A DNA stretch of 64,000 nt from Candidatus Obscuribacteraceae bacterium (GCA_044226015.1 JBGAHS010000002.1:256001-320000); one strand, 5' to 3'; shown: positions 30,212-40,997, counted from the stretch's first letter. The notes: generated by a model not told the origin, from the sequence alone. Program-made: numbers and translations.

Positions 30212-31285
30212 ATGCTTCCAGATTCAGCATCTTGGGTGACAGAGCTAGAACAAACTCATGGCGAAAAAATTCATTTTCTTGCCAATTCAATCGAATTACT
30301 TCAATCACTTTTCTCGGGATACGAAGCATACCAAAGACTCGACAGCAGTCTGATACACGACTTTATGGAGTCTTCAAAAGAACAAATTGATGTAAAATCA
30401 AAAACGTTCCTGAAACATCACACGCCCACCCTCACAAAAGAGTGGTACCGTGCCTATTTGTTTTCACAGGGAGAAGCAGTCAGACTTCTAAAAGCCTTCA
30501 CTGGAATTCGTATACTTGGCGTGGCAATACTCACCGAGGAGTTTCTGCGTTCGCTCATTTCCGGGAATCTCTTGATTCCCCTCATTTGCTGCAGAAGCAG
30601 CCTTGAGCATATCGCGTCCTATAACGCAATCATGACTGAGCTGCACTCTCTACCAGTGAGAAATGACATCAGCGGGGTACAGCATGACCTGGCACAGAAG
30701 TCCGACTTGCTGAGGCAGCGCCTCTTTGCCCGGCGAGTTGACTGGATGGAATTGCTTTCCGACCCCGACAAAGCAAGCCAACGCAAGAACATCAGGTATA
30801 CCGCAGAAGAACATCACGTTGACTTAAGTGCGGAACAGATTCTAAAAGACATCGATGCTCTGGACAAAATCATCAAGGGTACTCGCTCCTGGTATGAGGT
30901 TTTGTGCGAATTCGCGCATCCGAATGTAGGCGTAGTTCTGTCTTTTACACAAAGCACAAATCATTACGTTGATACCAACGGGCTCAGCTGGACTGAACAT
31001 CGCTTTTCTCGCTCACCATTTGCCTCACTGCAAGAACTCAGGCAAATTCTTGATCGTGTGCTTGAAGTTTACACTCAATGTATTTCGCGATTCTTGCATC
31101 TTTTGCAAGAATCGCTTCCAAGCATGTTGACGATAACAAATGCGCAGGCAAAAGCAACGACTCAAGAATTGCTTATCTGCCAGCTTATGACAAACGAAGG
31201 CACAATCAGACTTATCGAACACGTCGACTTAGAATCACCTTGCCCCTGTGGCAGCGAACTAAAAATCAAGCACTGCTGCGCTTAG
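30212..31285 (+). CDS. Helical protein (DUF5677/HEPN-like) with a C-terminal SEC-C motif
   Basis: CRSSLEH, YEVLCEFAHPN and terminal PCPCGSELKIKHCC. Confidence 0.65.
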   Translation: MLPDSASWVTELEQTHGEKIHFLANSIELLQSLFSGYEAYQRLDSSLIHDFMESSKEQIDVKSKTFLKHHTPTLTKEWYRAYLFSQGEAVRLLKAFTGIRILGVAILTEEFLRSLISGNLLIPLICCRSSLEHIASYNAIMTELHSLPVRNDISGVQHDLAQKSDLLRQRLFARRVDWMELLSDPDKASQRKNIRYTAEEHHVDLSAEQILKDIDALDKIIKGTRSWYEVLCEFAHPNVGVVLSFTQSTNHYVDTNGLSWTEHRFSRSPFASLQELRQILDRVLEVYTQCISRFLHLLQESLPSMLTITNAQAKATTQELLICQLMTNEGTIRLIEHVDLESPCPCGSELKIKHCCA

Positions 31286-31454
31286 AGAAAGCAACTTTGC
31301 GTACCCCTTGGGTGAAAACGACGGCACCACCAGAGGTACCATCGAATCAGCTTGAAAGAATTTGTGCAGAATTTCGACTCATACGAAATACAAAAATAAT
31401 CTATATTGTTCAAGCCCATTGTTCGAGCATGTTGTTCGAGCATTGTGCAAACAA

Positions 31455-31883
31455 TCATTCGCAGATGATTTGTTGACCCATTTCAATGCGCAAGTGAATT
31501 TCATCAATTTGATTTTTCGCTTCCATGAGACCCATGCCAGTGGCTTCTCGCAAAACTCTGATGGCTTCGATTTCCTTGCCCTGTCGAAGCAAATCAACAA
31601 CCTGTGGCGGCACGTTCACAGAATAAACTTCGCCCTTAGCAATTTCCTGAGCAACTTCATTGCCGATGGTTCTCACAAGAATGCGCTTTTTGCCGCCGTT
31701 CACAACAACGACGAGTACAAAAACGCCAAGCAACATGCCAATAAGAGTTTGAACCGGGTCGGCATGCAATATCACAACAGTGCTAATCGCGACGACCATC
31801 ACTGCTATTAAAACTACTGCGTTTTTACTAGGTTTCTTGTCCATAACCTGAACCCGGGAAGCTTGAAAAGTATACAACATCAT
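31455..31883 (-). CDS. Membrane protein with a ribosomal L7/L12 C-terminal-like domain
   Basis: Two TM helices, then [26 protein letters not shown]. Confidence 0.7.
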   Translation of the reverse strand: MMLYTFQASRVQVMDKKPSKNAVVLIAVMVVAISTVVILHADPVQTLIGMLLGVFVLVVVVNGGKKRILVRTIGNEVAQEIAKGEVYSVNVPPQVVDLLRQGKEIEAIRVLREATGMGLMEAKNQIDEIHLRIEMGQQIICE

Positions 31884-31930
31884 CCTCCAGGGGGTTAAGG
31901 CGAGCCCAGCACTATTCTGCTAAAGTTGAT

Positions 31931-32488
31931 TTGTCAAGGCGAGGCCCAAAAATGACCTTACGACTAATATTGACGTCCCTGATACTAAGTCTTTCAATCG
32001 CGACCAACATGGTCGTGGCAAAAGACGATACTGCAAAAGCGAGCAAAACAAGCACTGCTACAGCGAAAAGCAGCAAAGGAGCAAAAATGAGCGGACCAAA
32101 GGTAGTTAAATCAGACGAAGATTGGAAAAAGCAGCTCACACCAATGCAATACCAGGTCACCCGGGAAAAGGGAACCGAAAGGGCGTTTACAGGTGAGTTC
32201 TGGAACAACCATAAAAACGGTAAATACTACTGCATATGCTGTGGCGCCGAGCTATTCACATCGGACAACAAGTTCGATTCTGGTTGCGGCTGGCCAAGTT
32301 TCTACAAAACAGCAGAAGGTGCGCCTGTTGCCGAGCATCACGACAGCACCCATGGAATGGAACGAACTGAAGTTGTTTGCGACCACTGCGGCGCGCATCT
32401 TGGACACGTCTTCCCTGACGGACCTCATCCTACAGGCATGCGCTATTGCATCAACTCTGCTTCGTTGAAGTTCGAAGAGAAGAAATAG
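31931..32488 (+). CDS. msrB: Peptide-methionine (R)-S-oxide reductase with a signal peptide
   Basis: GTERAFTG, CxxC Zn pairs, [21 protein letters not shown] and RYCINSASL motifs. Confidence 0.96.
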   Translation: MSRRGPKMTLRLILTSLILSLSIATNMVVAKDDTAKASKTSTATAKSSKGAKMSGPKVVKSDEDWKKQLTPMQYQVTREKGTERAFTGEFWNNHKNGKYYCICCGAELFTSDNKFDSGCGWPSFYKTAEGAPVAEHHDSTHGMERTEVVCDHCGAHLGHVFPDGPHPTGMRYCINSASLKFEEKK

Positions 32489-32501
32489 GCTCGGTGATGC
32501 G

Positions 32502-33431
32502 ATGCCTGCGGAAAATAAGCAAACAGAGGCACCTCCAGATGTGCAAAACCAGAGCAAGGTCAAACAAACCGGAAGACCTTTAACGAAAGCTACTGCTTTG
32601 CTGTGCTTGCTTGTGATTGGCTCTTATCTAGTGATATCGCCAATGGTATCACACGACTTCTACTACATGCTTCTTTTCCCGCGCGCCCTTTATCCAAAAG
32701 GCGATTACAAAAACGACTCCGTCGATAACATAAAAGCTCAAGACCTCTACTTTGCCGCCGGCGAACAAAAACTACACGCCTGGTACTTTCACAAACCAGC
32801 GTCAAAAAAACTGTTTTTGTTCCACCATGGGAATGGGTTCAATCTGACCATTCTCAAATGGTACGCCCGAGTGGCTATGAAGTGCGGCGCTTCCGTCTTG
32901 CTCTATGATTATGAAGGCTACGGCAAGAGCACTGGAAGCCCCACTATACAAGGTGTCTGCCGCGATTCAGATGCTGCATATGAATTTGCAAAACACAAAC
33001 TAGGGTGGAAAGAAAATGACATCGTTCAGATGGGACTCTCGTTAGGGTCTGGTCTTGCGACGAGACTCGCGGCAAAGCATCAAAATGCAGCTCTCATATT
33101 GTTTGCGCCATACACTAGCTTGCACAAAACCTGCCGAGGCATTTTGCCCTGGCTAAGCGCCTATCCAGAGGAATTGATGCACGAGCCGGACATCAACTCG
33201 CTCGAGAATATGACTAACGTAAAATGCCCAGTGCTTATTTTTCATGGCAAATACGATCAAATGATGCCTGTCGCAAATGCAGAAGAATTGAAAGTGAAGT
33301 CAAAATTTTTAACGCAAGTCGTAGAACTGAACTGTGGTCATGGCGATTTATACCTTGAAGAAAAGACTATTCAAAACGCAATGAAGAATTTTGTGGAAGA
33401 GAATTTGAGCGAGCACATTCCAACTCAATAG
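32502..33431 (+). CDS. Alpha/beta hydrolase with an N-terminal anchor
   Basis: HGNG, DYEGYGKS, GLSLGSG, HGKYD and GHGD motifs. Confidence 0.88.
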   Translation: MPAENKQTEAPPDVQNQSKVKQTGRPLTKATALLCLLVIGSYLVISPMVSHDFYYMLLFPRALYPKGDYKNDSVDNIKAQDLYFAAGEQKLHAWYFHKPASKKLFLFHHGNGFNLTILKWYARVAMKCGASVLLYDYEGYGKSTGSPTIQGVCRDSDAAYEFAKHKLGWKENDIVQMGLSLGSGLATRLAAKHQNAALILFAPYTSLHKTCRGILPWLSAYPEELMHEPDINSLENMTNVKCPVLIFHGKYDQMMPVANAEELKVKSKFLTQVVELNCGHGDLYLEEKTIQNAMKNFVEENLSEHIPTQ

Positions 33432-33522
33432 AGTTTCAAGAATGGCCAGTTCCAGGGTCCTCTAATGGGTTTCAAGCTGCTCGCTTAAGACTTGCCCCCA
33501 AGATTCCTAGCGGGCAACAAAG

Positions 33523-34923
33523 CTATGCCGCTGCGTTTGGCTCTTCGCTAAGTTCCTCTTTTGGCGTGGAGTTCTCAGCTCCATGCATCCAGTAAACCAA
33601 TTTGCCCGCGAGAAACCACAACACCAGGGCAAACAAGCTCAGCACAATCGCCAGCCCAGCAAAGACTGTTAGCTCTCCTGCTTTTTCCGCATACACGCCA
33701 ATGTAGCCTGCCAGCAAATTAGCAAAGAAGTTAATTAAGAACCATACGCCCATCATCACACTGGCAAGGCGCATCGGAGCTAGCTTCGTAACCATTGAAA
33801 GTCCAACAGGCGAAATGCAAAGCTCACCCATCGTGTGAAGCAAGTAGGCAAGAACCAGCCAGAGCATACTAGCCTTCCCGTGCGCTTGCTGATCGAATAC
33901 AGCGGCGACCATGAATACAAAACCGGCTCCGGTTAGCAACAATCCAAGCATCATCTTATATGGCGTTGGCATTCCACCCTTGCCATTCTGAGACAAGCGC
34001 ACCCAGAGTGAACCAAACATAGGCGCTAACAACACGATGAATAGCGGATTCATCGATTGGAACCATCCTGCTGGAACTTCGAATGAGCCGAGCATACGAT
34101 TAGTCTTCTCCGATGCATACAGGTTCATCAAACCGCCTGCCTGCTCAAACGATGCCCAGAACAGCATCACAAACACAAAGAGCATGAATATAACTTTGAG
34201 GCGGTCGCGCTCTTCACTCGTCAGAGGTGCATGCACACCGCCCGACTGAGCCTTGGAGCGCTGGGCGGAAGGCTGTGTACCGACCTCACCCAGGAAACGT
34301 CCAGCAAAGAGAATCTGAATTAGAGCTGACAGAGTCATACCGCAACCGGCTGCCATATAGCCGAAACGCCAGCCATAATTTGCACTTTCGCCGAGAGTTG
34401 AACAGACCAGCGGAGCCAAAAAGGCACCAATATTGATGCCCATATAGAAAATAGAAAAGGCGCTATCTCGTCGGGCATCGCCCTTGGGGTAGAGGTCGCC
34501 GACCATGGTAGAGATATTTGCTTTGAATAGACCATTACCGAGAATGAGTACAACCAGACCTACATAAAACATCGTGAGATCTTTTGCAACACTCATTGAG
34601 AGCATGAACTGTCCGATGGCCATAACGACAGCGCCCATTACCACGGACTTGCGCTGCCCCAGGAAATTGTCTGCCAGCCATCCACCAACCAGGGGAGTGA
34701 AATAACTGAAGCCCGTATACCAGGCATACAAGGTCAGGGCGCCAGCGCGGTCCCACCCGAAGCCAGGATTGTCGGAATTGGTCGCAGCAACCATGGACAG
34801 AACCAGCAAAGCGCGCATGCCGTAATAACTGAAGCGTTCCCACATTTCAGTAGCAAACAGCAGGAATAGTCCTTTCGGGTGTCCAAGGAATTCGCCCTTT
34901 TGAATGTTCGATGCGTCGCTCAA
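33523..34923 (-). CDS. POT/PTR family proton-dependent oligopeptide MFS transporter
   Basis: EMWERFSYYGMR, FYMGINIG, EQAG and GELCISPVGLS motifs. Confidence 0.95.
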   Translation of the reverse strand: MSDASNIQKGEFLGHPKGLFLLFATEMWERFSYYGMRALLVLSMVAATNSDNPGFGWDRAGALTLYAWYTGFSYFTPLVGGWLADNFLGQRKSVVMGAVVMAIGQFMLSMSVAKDLTMFYVGLVVLILGNGLFKANISTMVGDLYPKGDARRDSAFSIFYMGINIGAFLAPLVCSTLGESANYGWRFGYMAAGCGMTLSALIQILFAGRFLGEVGTQPSAQRSKAQSGGVHAPLTSEERDRLKVIFMLFVFVMLFWASFEQAGGLMNLYASEKTNRMLGSFEVPAGWFQSMNPLFIVLLAPMFGSLWVRLSQNGKGGMPTPYKMMLGLLLTGAGFVFMVAAVFDQQAHGKASMLWLVLAYLLHTMGELCISPVGLSMVTKLAPMRLASVMMGVWFLINFFANLLAGYIGVYAEKAGELTVFAGLAIVLSLFALVLWFLAGKLVYWMHGAENSTPKEELSEEPNAAA

Positions 34924-35211
34924 AGAAACCGTCCTAGTTGAGTGTGTTAACGCGCGAAAAGTCCAGTGCTGCTTCTTTCAGAATAAGCAGCGGCAACTTT
35001 CCGCCGGTGAGTGATTTTACGCCCTTGCGGGTTTGTGCGAAAGTCGAAAGGGTTCAGGTGTACCGAAATTTATTAGAGCAAAAACCTATTTTCACTGCAC
35101 CCGTATGCGTTTACGCCATTTTTGCCTGTTTGCCTTGCCAGGTTAATCCTGAAGCCGCCGCTGCCAAGCGCAAGCCTTCCACGGAAGGAAAAGTACTGGC
35201 GTCATAGAATC

Positions 35212-35285
35212 TTCGAAGCCGCCAGGATGGTATCCCAGATTCGATGCTAGCAGGATGGTATCCCAGATTCGAAGCCAGCAGGATT
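35212..35285. repeat. 28-bp tandem repeat, ~2.6 copies
   Basis: ttcgaagccgccaggatggtatcccaga / ttcgatgctagcaggatggtatcccaga / ttcgaagccagcaggatt. Confidence 0.8.
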
Positions 35286-35290
35286 GCTTG

Positions 35291-36337
35291 CTACTTTGCG
35301 AGAGCGGCAGTAAGTTTCGAAAGAATCTCATCGTTGTTGTAAACCACAAACTTGATGTCCTTCAAAGACTTGGGACCAGTCGCCATGAATGATTTAACCC
35401 CAGCCGCCATCTCATCAACGGTTTGCTGAACGGTTTTCTCGACCTTGCCTGCCATTACGCCAGTTCTCAAAGCCGGCAGCGACACCGATTGATACCCGGC
35501 TTTCTCGGCCGCCTGAAGACCGTTGAAAACAACATCTCGCAGGGGTTTTCGGAGATCATCAACAACGAATACTACATTATCAAAAGCACCACGATGCGCC
35601 GCTGTTTTCGCAGCCAGCACAACCTGTCCGTCAGCTAGAGGCATAGCTGCTGCCGCCTGCGCATGAAACTGCATACCGGCATTGCGCTGAATAACACCAT
35701 CCAGCGCGCCCCACCACATTCCTTCAGAATTAATAGGAGTAATAAGGGCATCTGCCTGAACTTTGCCGATGTCTCCCGGAACAGCCCCAGTAGACATGCC
35801 GAGCCGCTTCATCGTAGTGTCAGCGAGACCAGTCATAGCTTTCTCTGCAGCACCCTCTCCTCCGGAAGCCAGTTTCAGTTCTGTAGCCAAGCCAGCTTCG
35901 CCACTAAACTTTGACGCCAAACCAGCTTCGCCGCTGCCACTAAACTTTGACGCCAAACCTCTTGCAGCCAAAGTTTCCATAGACTCAGAACCGGTGAGCG
36001 CCAACCTACCTGAGGCCAGCTCAGCAGCATCAGCTGCAAATCGCGTTGCAAGCTTGGAAGCAGTCGGAGAACTCTGAGCTAACGCCCTTTCAAAGGCAGA
36101 GCTTGTTAGACCACTTCCCAACTGGCTGCCGACATCTTCCGAGCCGCCCTTGAGAAAGTTCCCCAAAAACTTGCTAGCACCAAAAGCCAGGGCTGCAGTT
36201 CCAACAACCACTGCAGCAGTCTCAACCTTGTGATTGTCCACCCAATTCCATGCGTCACTTACTAAATTCGAATTTGCAGCCTCGACCTTATTGCCGACCA
36301 GCTCACTCTGGCTCAATCTATCAAAATTCTCTGGCAT
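35291..36337 (-). CDS. Membrane-anchored protein with a C-terminal macro domain
   Basis: GDIGKVQADALITPINS...GVIQRNAG and SVSLPALRTGVMAG; N-terminal hydrophobic segment; Ala/Gly/Ser linker. Confidence 0.8.
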   Translation of the reverse strand: MPENFDRLSQSELVGNKVEAANSNLVSDAWNWVDNHKVETAAVVVGTAALAFGASKFLGNFLKGGSEDVGSQLGSGLTSSAFERALAQSSPTASKLATRFAADAAELASGRLALTGSESMETLAARGLASKFSGSGEAGLASKFSGEAGLATELKLASGGEGAAEKAMTGLADTTMKRLGMSTGAVPGDIGKVQADALITPINSEGMWWGALDGVIQRNAGMQFHAQAAAAMPLADGQVVLAAKTAAHRGAFDNVVFVVDDLRKPLRDVVFNGLQAAEKAGYQSVSLPALRTGVMAGKVEKTVQQTVDEMAAGVKSFMATGPKSLKDIKFVVYNNDEILSKLTAALAK

Positions 36338-36468
36338 AAAACGCCCTCAAACAACCTTATGGTCAGGATAGAATGCTGTAGGGGCTAATTCCACGCACAA
36401 ACGGCCCAATCAGAGCTGAAGGTATAGGCAGTCTTTTTGCGCTCTTACGCAAAGATTAAATGAGCACG

Positions 36469-36499
36469 AAAAAAAAGAGACCGCACGAAGGCGGTCTCT
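36469..36499 (-). terminator. Rho-independent terminator of the SOD gene
   Basis: AGAGACCGC-N6-GCGGTCTCT with a T8 tail on the minus strand. Confidence 0.85.
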
Positions 36500-36521
36500 G
36501 ATTCATTTTGCTTCAGCGCAA

Positions 36522-37133
36522 TTATTTGACGAGGCGCTTTTCTACAGCATCCCAATCAACATTCGCGAAGAACGCTTCAATGTACTTCGGACGATCTACC
36601 GGTTTGTAGTCGAGAAGGAAAGCATGTTCCCAAACGTCCATAACCAGAATTGGAACGAAGCCAGCGACATTGCCTTCTTCATGCAATGTGATCCAGTGAT
36701 TAGACAATGTCTTTGTCATTGGATCTTGGAACAGGACTGCCCAACCCACTCCGCGCATAGCGCCGACTTTGGAGAAATCGTTCTTCCAAACATCAAGTGA
36801 GCTGTAAACTTCGCCCAACTTTTTGCCGATTTCGCTGCTTTCTTTGAGTTCGCTACCACCGGACTTGAGGTTGCCGAAATAGTATTCGTGCAGTCTCATG
36901 CCGTTGTATTCGAAACCATAACGGCGCTTCAATTCAGCGTATTCTGGTTGTCCAGCTTTTCCTTCTTCAGTGAGTTGAATGATCTTCTCATTGAGGATAT
37001 TTGTGTTTTTGACATAACCAGCATAAAGTCCAAGGTGAACTTCAAGTGTTTTGTCGGAGATTCCGGTGAGATTCTTCAGATGGCTGAAGTCATGCTCTTT
37101 ATAAGGGGTGTAAGAAATTTTGGTCTGCAACAT
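36522..37133 (-). CDS. Fe/Mn superoxide dismutase family protein
   Basis: Metal ligands H (EVHLGLY), H (LHEYYF) and D/H (DVWEHA); YIEAFFANVDW. Confidence 0.9.
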   Translation of the reverse strand: MLQTKISYTPYKEHDFSHLKNLTGISDKTLEVHLGLYAGYVKNTNILNEKIIQLTEEGKAGQPEYAELKRRYGFEYNGMRLHEYYFGNLKSGGSELKESSEIGKKLGEVYSSLDVWKNDFSKVGAMRGVGWAVLFQDPMTKTLSNHWITLHEEGNVAGFVPILVMDVWEHAFLLDYKPVDRPKYIEAFFANVDWDAVEKRLVK

Positions 37134-37468
37134 ATCTATCTCCTAAAAGGATGCAGTGCAGGGCTATTCGTAAGTGGATCAAAGTACCATAAATTGCGTC
37201 AAACAAGAGAGAATTCTCATGTTTTCTCAACCTAACTACGCCGAAAAGCCTCTGAGAGGCTCGTGACATCACCAAAAGACAGCATTTAATGAGGGTAGTG
37301 CCCCAAGCGAAATTGCATTGTGAACGCTGAGCGCCGGGATGGAATGCTGCCGTAACGCGAGCCGAAGTTAAACAGCCGCGAACGCCCTATCTTGTCAAAA
37401 GGAAAAAGATTCCGCCTAAAAACATCGCATTCCCTGTAGAAGTTCTCACCACCGAGGGAGAGGGAAAA

Positions 37469-37903
37469 ATGAACAATTCGCACACAGCTAGCATGCAACA
37501 AGATGAATTCCAACAAGCGGTTCGCAAACCAAAAACGAAAGTAATGGCGCTTGATTACAAACTAGCTGCGATTCTTTGCTACACACCAGTACTTTTAATC
37601 AGCGTTGTAGCACCGATCATCTGGCTCAAAACGGAGCCTCGCGAAAACAGAGAACTGAGATTCCACGCAATTCAGGGACTGTCAATTTCACTCATCGCAA
37701 TAGCATTCGGAATATTGAACTCGATTGTCACCGGTATTGTTTTTTCAGTAGCTGGCTGGGGAATCGGAAGCCTCGTTAGCCTTGCCACATCGGTGATTTC
37801 ATTAGGCATTTTCGGAGTAATGATTTACGCAATCTTCTGTGTAGTCAAAGAGAAACCTTGCAAATTGCCGTTCGTCGGTGAAATAGCTGAACAAAACGCA
37901 TAA
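37469..37903 (+). CDS. DUF4870-like membrane protein
   Basis: AAILCY...RFHAIQG...KLPFVGEIAE. Confidence 0.75.
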   Translation: MNNSHTASMQQDEFQQAVRKPKTKVMALDYKLAAILCYTPVLLISVVAPIIWLKTEPRENRELRFHAIQGLSISLIAIAFGILNSIVTGIVFSVAGWGIGSLVSLATSVISLGIFGVMIYAIFCVVKEKPCKLPFVGEIAEQNA

Positions 37904-37927
37904 TCACAATTTTCTGCAAACCAAACG

Positions 37928-37957
37928 AAAGAGCCCATCCCAAAAGATGGGCTCTTT
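37928..37957. terminator. Rho-independent terminator
   Basis: AAAGAGCCCATC-N6-GATGGGCTCTTT hairpin after 37903. Confidence 0.8.
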
Positions 37958-38111
37958 TGTTCGGTTCTTCGGTTCTACAGTTGAAGAGTTGCCGGACTCA
38001 TCGCTGCACATCCATTTTATAGCTCGCAACTGATTTACCAAACAGTGCACGTGAAACAATTTATGAACTGTCCACAAGCAGTCACAAAAGCACAGCAAAG
38101 AAGCCATCATT

Positions 38112-40997
38112 GTGCTATATGCCGCAAAACAGGTGCTGATTATGAATACTCGTGCGCTAAATCCGATAGATCAATTGTGGAATGCAATTTCGAAAATACA
38201 TAACAGACTAGATGATCTCGAAGTGCGAAACAACATCGCAGATTTAGCCGCGTCAAGAATGCTCGGCATAAATTTGAGCAGACGAGTATGCAGCACTTCG
38301 GCTCAGAGTGTTTCACTGGCAATTTCTCATGGCGTCATATTCAATCCTGATGTCCATAAAAAAAGCAGAGGAGAAAGTGTTCATTTCGAGCAGACTGACT
38401 TCAAACTTGAAGTGGACACAGAGCCAGTAGCAGCGCCAGGACAAGACGAAATGCCGGCAATTAGCCAGAGCAAGATAAATGAGCAAGAACAGAAAAGCTC
38501 GGACGACGAATCGCATCAGCTCAGCAACAAAAAAATCCGCGACGAAGAATCAGCTCACGGCACAAAAGAAGACCGCGACTTAGAGATGGACAAAGACGCG
38601 CTCAAGAACGAGCTAACGAATCAGCCCCTTAAATCAAATAAGAGCCCCTTTGACCCAAGCGCAGAGCCAACTCTTCTCACTCTGCAACAAGCTGCAATAG
38701 CCGAAGCGAACAACGCACTTTCCAATCAGCACAAACAGAATAATTTCCTCCTGGCTCCTTCCGAAAGAATTGCAACAGGCGAGGAGGAAATGCCTGAAGA
38801 AACTGAGCACGAATCGATAGAGAATAGAATTGGTTTGTACTGGCTCAGTCGGCTCGGCATCGGCTTCCTCGTAGTAGGTGCAGCTTTACTTGTCGTTTAC
38901 TCCTTTCCCTATTTTGGTGCCTGGGCAAAACTTCTTACCGGGTTCTTGATTGCAGGCAGCTTGCTACTCGCTGGCGAAAAAATTGACACCAAACAAAAGA
39001 TGACTTGGCTGGGCAACGCCTGTGCCGGCGGGGGCTGGTCGCTAGCATTTTTCTGCAGTTATGCAATGCATAATGTCGAATCAGTACGCGTCATAGACGA
39101 CCCAATCATTGGCACCCTGGCAATGCTCGCCGTCGCAGGAGGAAGTACTTTTCACTCGATACGAAAGAACTCAGAGTTGATTGGGTCATTCTCAACAATT
39201 TTGGGATTCATCGCACTATCGTTGAACGGTATTAGTTCAATTACTGCACCTGCATTCTCAATCTTGTGCCTCAACTTTACAGTACTAGCTCAACAAAAGA
39301 AGTGGCTTGGGCTATACAGTTCTGGCCTAGTAAGCGCGGGAATTTTCATGCTCATACTTGTTAATGTTGGCATGCCAGGTCTATTTGGCGCCCTTCAATT
39401 CCTGGCTCCGTTTTTGTTAGCATCCACAGCGATGCCCTTTGCATTCAGAAACGATGAAGGCGCCTCTAGAGGTCCTACTGTTGCCGCCAACATCGCCACG
39501 GCTCTTGTATCATTCATCACAGTAACGAGCGCAGTCTCAGTTGACCAGATTCCCAATCCGGAAATACTCTATTTATTCGCAGCTGCTATTTATGGTGGCA
39601 TTTCCCTACTCTACAAAAAGTTCAAACTTGAAGAGGAATCGCTGTGCAGCGCTCTGATAGCCCTGAGTTCCGCCACCATCTATCTGCCTGCTGCCAAGCT
39701 CGGACCTCACAATGTACTGACCTGGGCAATTCAACTTGCTCTTCTACTTTGGGCAGGGTTTAGATACAACATTCGCAGCTTCCGCTGGTTTGCTTACCCG
39801 CTCTCTGCAGTCACATTCATTGCCTGCCTTGTCGAGTTTTTCGATTCCTCAACTTTCGTTTTCAATGGCGCAAACATTCACTGGAGTACGTTGAACATAG
39901 TTCCAGCCCTCCTTGTATTCGCCAGCGTCACATCATTTTCCAACAAGGCAAATTACAAATTCATCTCCAGCGGGGCTCACGAATTCAACTTTTATTGGTA
40001 CTTGCACATGTTCGGCGTGGTCGCATTCCTATGGGCACCATTCATGAATATGTCCATCAACGATGCGGCGCAGGGCGCAACCATAGCTGGCTGGACAGCA
40101 CTTGCAAGCATGGGTGCCTACCTCGGCTTCAACTGGAAACGAAACTATGTTCTAGTCTTTTCCATACTAACCTACGTGTGCGCGATGCTATTGTCCTTCG
40201 GTGGACAAACAGTACCTGTGATAGTTTTCCCGAGCATAGCGCTGCTTACGTCGCTATTTTCCATGGCAGAACACATCAGAGTGAATAACTACGGTCAGTC
40301 CATTTCGAAGAACTATAAGAATGTATTTTTCATTCTCGGTACCATAGCCCTATTCCAAATACAGTCTATTCACTTGCCCTCATTGAGCCAGGTCTGCTTG
40401 GCGCTTGCAATAGAGATGTTTGCATTCATTGCAATCGGTGTGAGAATCAAAGACAAATGCATACGTGGCTGCGGCATTCTCGCAGCAACTGTTCTGAACC
40501 TCGTTCTACTCACAAACGAGCCAAGCGTCGGACTTCCAATGATATGCATCTCTGTGATGAGCCTATACGCGGCTGCACAAATTTACATGAGAGTAACAGC
40601 GGCTGACATAAGCCTTTCTGCTCGCAACTTCATCAGACACGCACTCACCTGTGGCGCCACCTTCACCATGGTTCACTACAGCGGAACGCAGCTCGACACG
40701 CACTTTGTTTCACTGGCATGGGCAGCAGAAGGCATCTCCCTGATTGCTGCAGGATTCATGCTAAACGATAAACTGCTGCGAATCTCGGGCTTACTTGTGT
40801 TCGGATTACTTGCAACGCATCTCGTTTTTGTAGACCTTGCAAGCGCAGCGACAGTTTACCGAATAATTGCCTTCATGGTGGCAGGTCTCTTTCTGATGGC
40901 TGCAGCTTACACATACAACTTCTTCAACAAGAAGCTTGCCGCTGAAGCAAAGAATGAACTACTATCAGCCGAGCATCTTAAGCTCCAACAAAGCTAG
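38112..40997 (+). CDS. DUF2339 multi-pass membrane protein
   Basis: ENRIGLYWLSRLGI...; many TM helices; C-terminal LR..GL.......K/HL..VDL......RI.AF...GL.LM...Y.Y pattern. Confidence 0.85.
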   Translation: MLYAAKQVLIMNTRALNPIDQLWNAISKIHNRLDDLEVRNNIADLAASRMLGINLSRRVCSTSAQSVSLAISHGVIFNPDVHKKSRGESVHFEQTDFKLEVDTEPVAAPGQDEMPAISQSKINEQEQKSSDDESHQLSNKKIRDEESAHGTKEDRDLEMDKDALKNELTNQPLKSNKSPFDPSAEPTLLTLQQAAIAEANNALSNQHKQNNFLLAPSERIATGEEEMPEETEHESIENRIGLYWLSRLGIGFLVVGAALLVVYSFPYFGAWAKLLTGFLIAGSLLLAGEKIDTKQKMTWLGNACAGGGWSLAFFCSYAMHNVESVRVIDDPIIGTLAMLAVAGGSTFHSIRKNSELIGSFSTILGFIALSLNGISSITAPAFSILCLNFTVLAQQKKWLGLYSSGLVSAGIFMLILVNVGMPGLFGALQFLAPFLLASTAMPFAFRNDEGASRGPTVAANIATALVSFITVTSAVSVDQIPNPEILYLFAAAIYGGISLLYKKFKLEEESLCSALIALSSATIYLPAAKLGPHNVLTWAIQLALLLWAGFRYNIRSFRWFAYPLSAVTFIACLVEFFDSSTFVFNGANIHWSTLNIVPALLVFASVTSFSNKANYKFISSGAHEFNFYWYLHMFGVVAFLWAPFMNMSINDAAQGATIAGWTALASMGAYLGFNWKRNYVLVFSILTYVCAMLLSFGGQTVPVIVFPSIALLTSLFSMAEHIRVNNYGQSISKNYKNVFFILGTIALFQIQSIHLPSLSQVCLALAIEMFAFIAIGVRIKDKCIRGCGILAATVLNLVLLTNEPSVGLPMICISVMSLYAAAQIYMRVTAADISLSARNFIRHALTCGATFTMVHYSGTQLDTHFVSLAWAAEGISLIAAGFMLNDKLLRISGLLVFGLLATHLVFVDLASAATVYRIIAFMVAGLFLMAAAYTYNFFNKKLAAEAKNELLSAEHLKLQQS

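Noticed and set aside
35212..35285. Possible mini CRISPR array
   Set aside because: Units are contiguous with no unique spacers, and there are no cas genes.
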